This document shows positions 61,852 through 64,000 of a DNA stretch of 64,000 nucleotides, in pieces; the first letter of the stretch is position 1; every line of letters starts with the position of its first letter. The stretch comes from Candidatus Bathyarchaeota archaeon (GTDB lineage: Archaea; Thermoproteota; Bathyarchaeia; Bathyarchaeales; Bathycorpusculaceae): NCBI GenBank assembly GCA_963717465.1, contig OY970340.1, positions 1,152,001 to 1,216,000 of the forward strand, read 5' to 3'. The notes beneath the pieces are model-generated. The model was not told the origin of the DNA. It saw nothing but the letters and a program-made list of their open reading frames with translations, and made no database searches. Position numbers and translations under genes: made by a program.

Positions 61852-63877
61852 ATGAGTGTAAAATTTAAATACCTTTTCTCCCCGTTGAAAATAGGGCCAG
61901 TGATAATTCCTAACAGAATAATGTTAACTGGCCACGCAAATGCACACGTTGAAACACCGTTAGAAGGCCCAACAGCTCCTGGTGAACATTTGGCCTACTA
62001 TCAGGCTGAAAGAGCAAAAGGCGGCTGTGGACTAATATGCTATGGATACATCTCAGTATGTCCATTTGAGAATGCGGACAGCAAGTTCCATCGCGCACGT
62101 CTTGGTGGTGCGAGAATACTTGGTGCATATCCAGCTGGTCCTGATCCTAAGGTTATTCCAGCTTTTAAGAGATTAGTTGACATGTGCCACCCTTATGGCA
62201 CAAAAGTCTTCGCCCAAATAGGTGCTAGCGGAGTTTGGGAAGGCAGATGGGGACCTTCCAAAACTGTAGATCCAGAAGACCCAAGAAAATCAAACGCAGA
62301 AATGACTGAGGAGCAAATTGAAGCTGTACTTGAAGGTTATAGATTAACTGCCCAGAACGCAGTGAAAGCAGGTTTTGATGGCATTGAAATTCATGATCAC
62401 GGTGGCATGGTGCATAATTTCATGTCTCCTTTAACGAATAGGCGAAAAGACAAGTGGGGCGGGAGCTTAGATAATAGGTTAAGATTCCTTTATGAAGCAA
62501 TCAAGAGATGCAGAGAAGGCATGAACAGTGATATGGCATTAATTACTAGGCTTTGTGTTGACGAATTCATTCCCGGCGGAATAGGAGTGCAAGATGGAAT
62601 AGAAGTCTCAAAGAGACTAGAAGACAAAGTGGACGGCCTTAATCTTGACATAGGAATCGAGCCTACAAGCCTTAACGTTATAGTTGCTCCACTGTTCATG
62701 GAGCCTGGTTATCAATTATACGGAGCTGAAGCAGTAAAAGAAGTCGTGAAAAAAATACCCATAGGTTGTGTCGGTCGAATTAACGACCCAGTGTTCGCTG
62801 AAAAAATCTTAGTTGACGGCAAGGCCGACTTTATAGGTATATGCAGAGGTCAAATAGCTGATCCTGAATTCGCCAATAAAGCCAAGGCAGGAAGACTCGA
62901 TGACATAAGACCATGTATCTATGAAAATGAAGGCTGCTTTAAATCAGGTGCTGTACAATGCACTGTAAATCCCACGTGTGGTGTTGAGAAGTACTTGGGA
63001 ATCGGAACCATCACGTCTGCCGAAAAGAAAAAGAAGATACTTAGTTGCTGGAGCTGGCCCTGCAGGATTAGAATTCGCCAGAATTGCAACTATCAGAGGT
63101 CATAATGTAACCGTTTACGAAAAGTCAAACGATATAGGAGGGGCTATTAATTTAGCCATGAAACTACCGGGAAGAATGGAATATGATGGCTTCAAGAGAT
63201 GGCTTAAAATGCAGTGTGACAAGTTAGGCGTTAAAATTGTCCTCAATAAGGAGGTTACACCTGAACTTGTTAAGAGCGAAAACCCAGACGTTGTAGTGTG
63301 CGCCACTGGAGCTGACCCCATGCGAGACGGTGATAACGCGGGCGTATATTGTGCTATTGAGGGTTGGAATCAGCCGAACGTATGCGTAGGCGAAGACATT
63401 ATTGAAGGCAAAGTTGACATGAGCAAACTTGGACCACGAGTGATCATTTATGATCAAATTGGCTATGATGAAGGTTTGGGAATTGCTGAAATGCTGGCTG
63501 ATGCAGGAAAAACTGTTGATATTAGGGCTGCAGCGCATTTCGTCGGTGGTAATGATGTATTCATGACTATGCAATTTGCACAACTATACGAACGCCCTAT
63601 GTCAAAAGGAGTAAAGTTCAGTCCAATGTCGATGATGACATACATAAATGGGAACAAAGCCGGGTTCATGAACGGATTTAGCCATGAAATGTTTGAAGTA
63701 GAAGCAGATTCTTTTGTGCTCTGTGTGTCTAAATCGCCAAATGATGACCTATTCAAGAAGCTAATGGCAGCAGGATACAAACACAACGGCAACCTATACA
63801 AGATCGGCGACGCCAATAGTCCGCACAACATCTGTGACGCTGTTTACTTCGGTCACGTTTTAGGAAGAGAAATTTAA
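61852..63877 (+). CDS. Old-yellow-enzyme family NADH:flavin oxidoreductase with Fe-S and FAD/NAD domains (frameshift near 63043)
   Basis: PNRIM, AERAKGG, AGFDGIEIH, NRRKDKWGGSLDNRLRF, RGQIADP, CTVNP and GAGPAGLE motifs; one extra base in KKIL/VAGAG. Confidence 0.92.
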
Positions 63878-64000
63878 AAGTTCTCACTCTTTTTCTTTTT
63901 TTCCTTAAAATTGGCAAACTTGCTCACTATTTAATTATCTTCTATGTCCATTTTAACGACCACGCCCGTTATTAGTCGCCTCTGTTGTCATCGCAACTGC

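Noticed and set aside
677..63831. Numerous short antisense or alternate-frame ORFs in the track
   Set aside because: They lie within well-supported genes and show no recognisable motifs.

Overview
Archaeal DNA, most likely Bathyarchaeia. This is inferred from an 11-subunit complex-I-like [NiFe] hydrogenase operon, a Fae-Hps fusion, an adenosine-specific kinase, TATA-type promoters and a tRNA gene without encoded CCA. (1) About 1-21.2 kb is accessory, mobile DNA accreted at the 3' end of a tRNA-Ala(UGC) gene. It has three copies of the att core, a diverged ~0.6-kb direct repeat, an IS, a tyrosine-recombinase remnant, an uncharacterised three-gene operon ending in an MBL-fold hydrolase, and an orphan Mod-like methyltransferase. 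(2) About 21.3-54 kb is mostly core genes, including MgtA, UppP, cohesin/dockerin-like surface proteins, Fae-Hps, an M32 peptidase and the hydrogenase operon. (3) About 54.2-63.9 kb is an apparently co-regulated catabolic cluster: a non-pyrrolysine MttB-family methyltransferase, a corrinoid protein, an SCP2 lipid-binding protein, Lrp-like regulators, a Mo/W-bisPGD oxidoreductase and an OYE flavoenzyme. The most striking signal is in the Mo/W enzyme. It has a single in-frame TGA (59628-59630) at the position of the metal-ligating Cys/Sec, followed directly by a long hairpin, which suggests a selenoprotein in a lineage where I do not know selenocysteine to be established. Many otherwise intact genes carry single-base frameshifts that look like long-read indel errors, so single-base claims need read-level confirmation.
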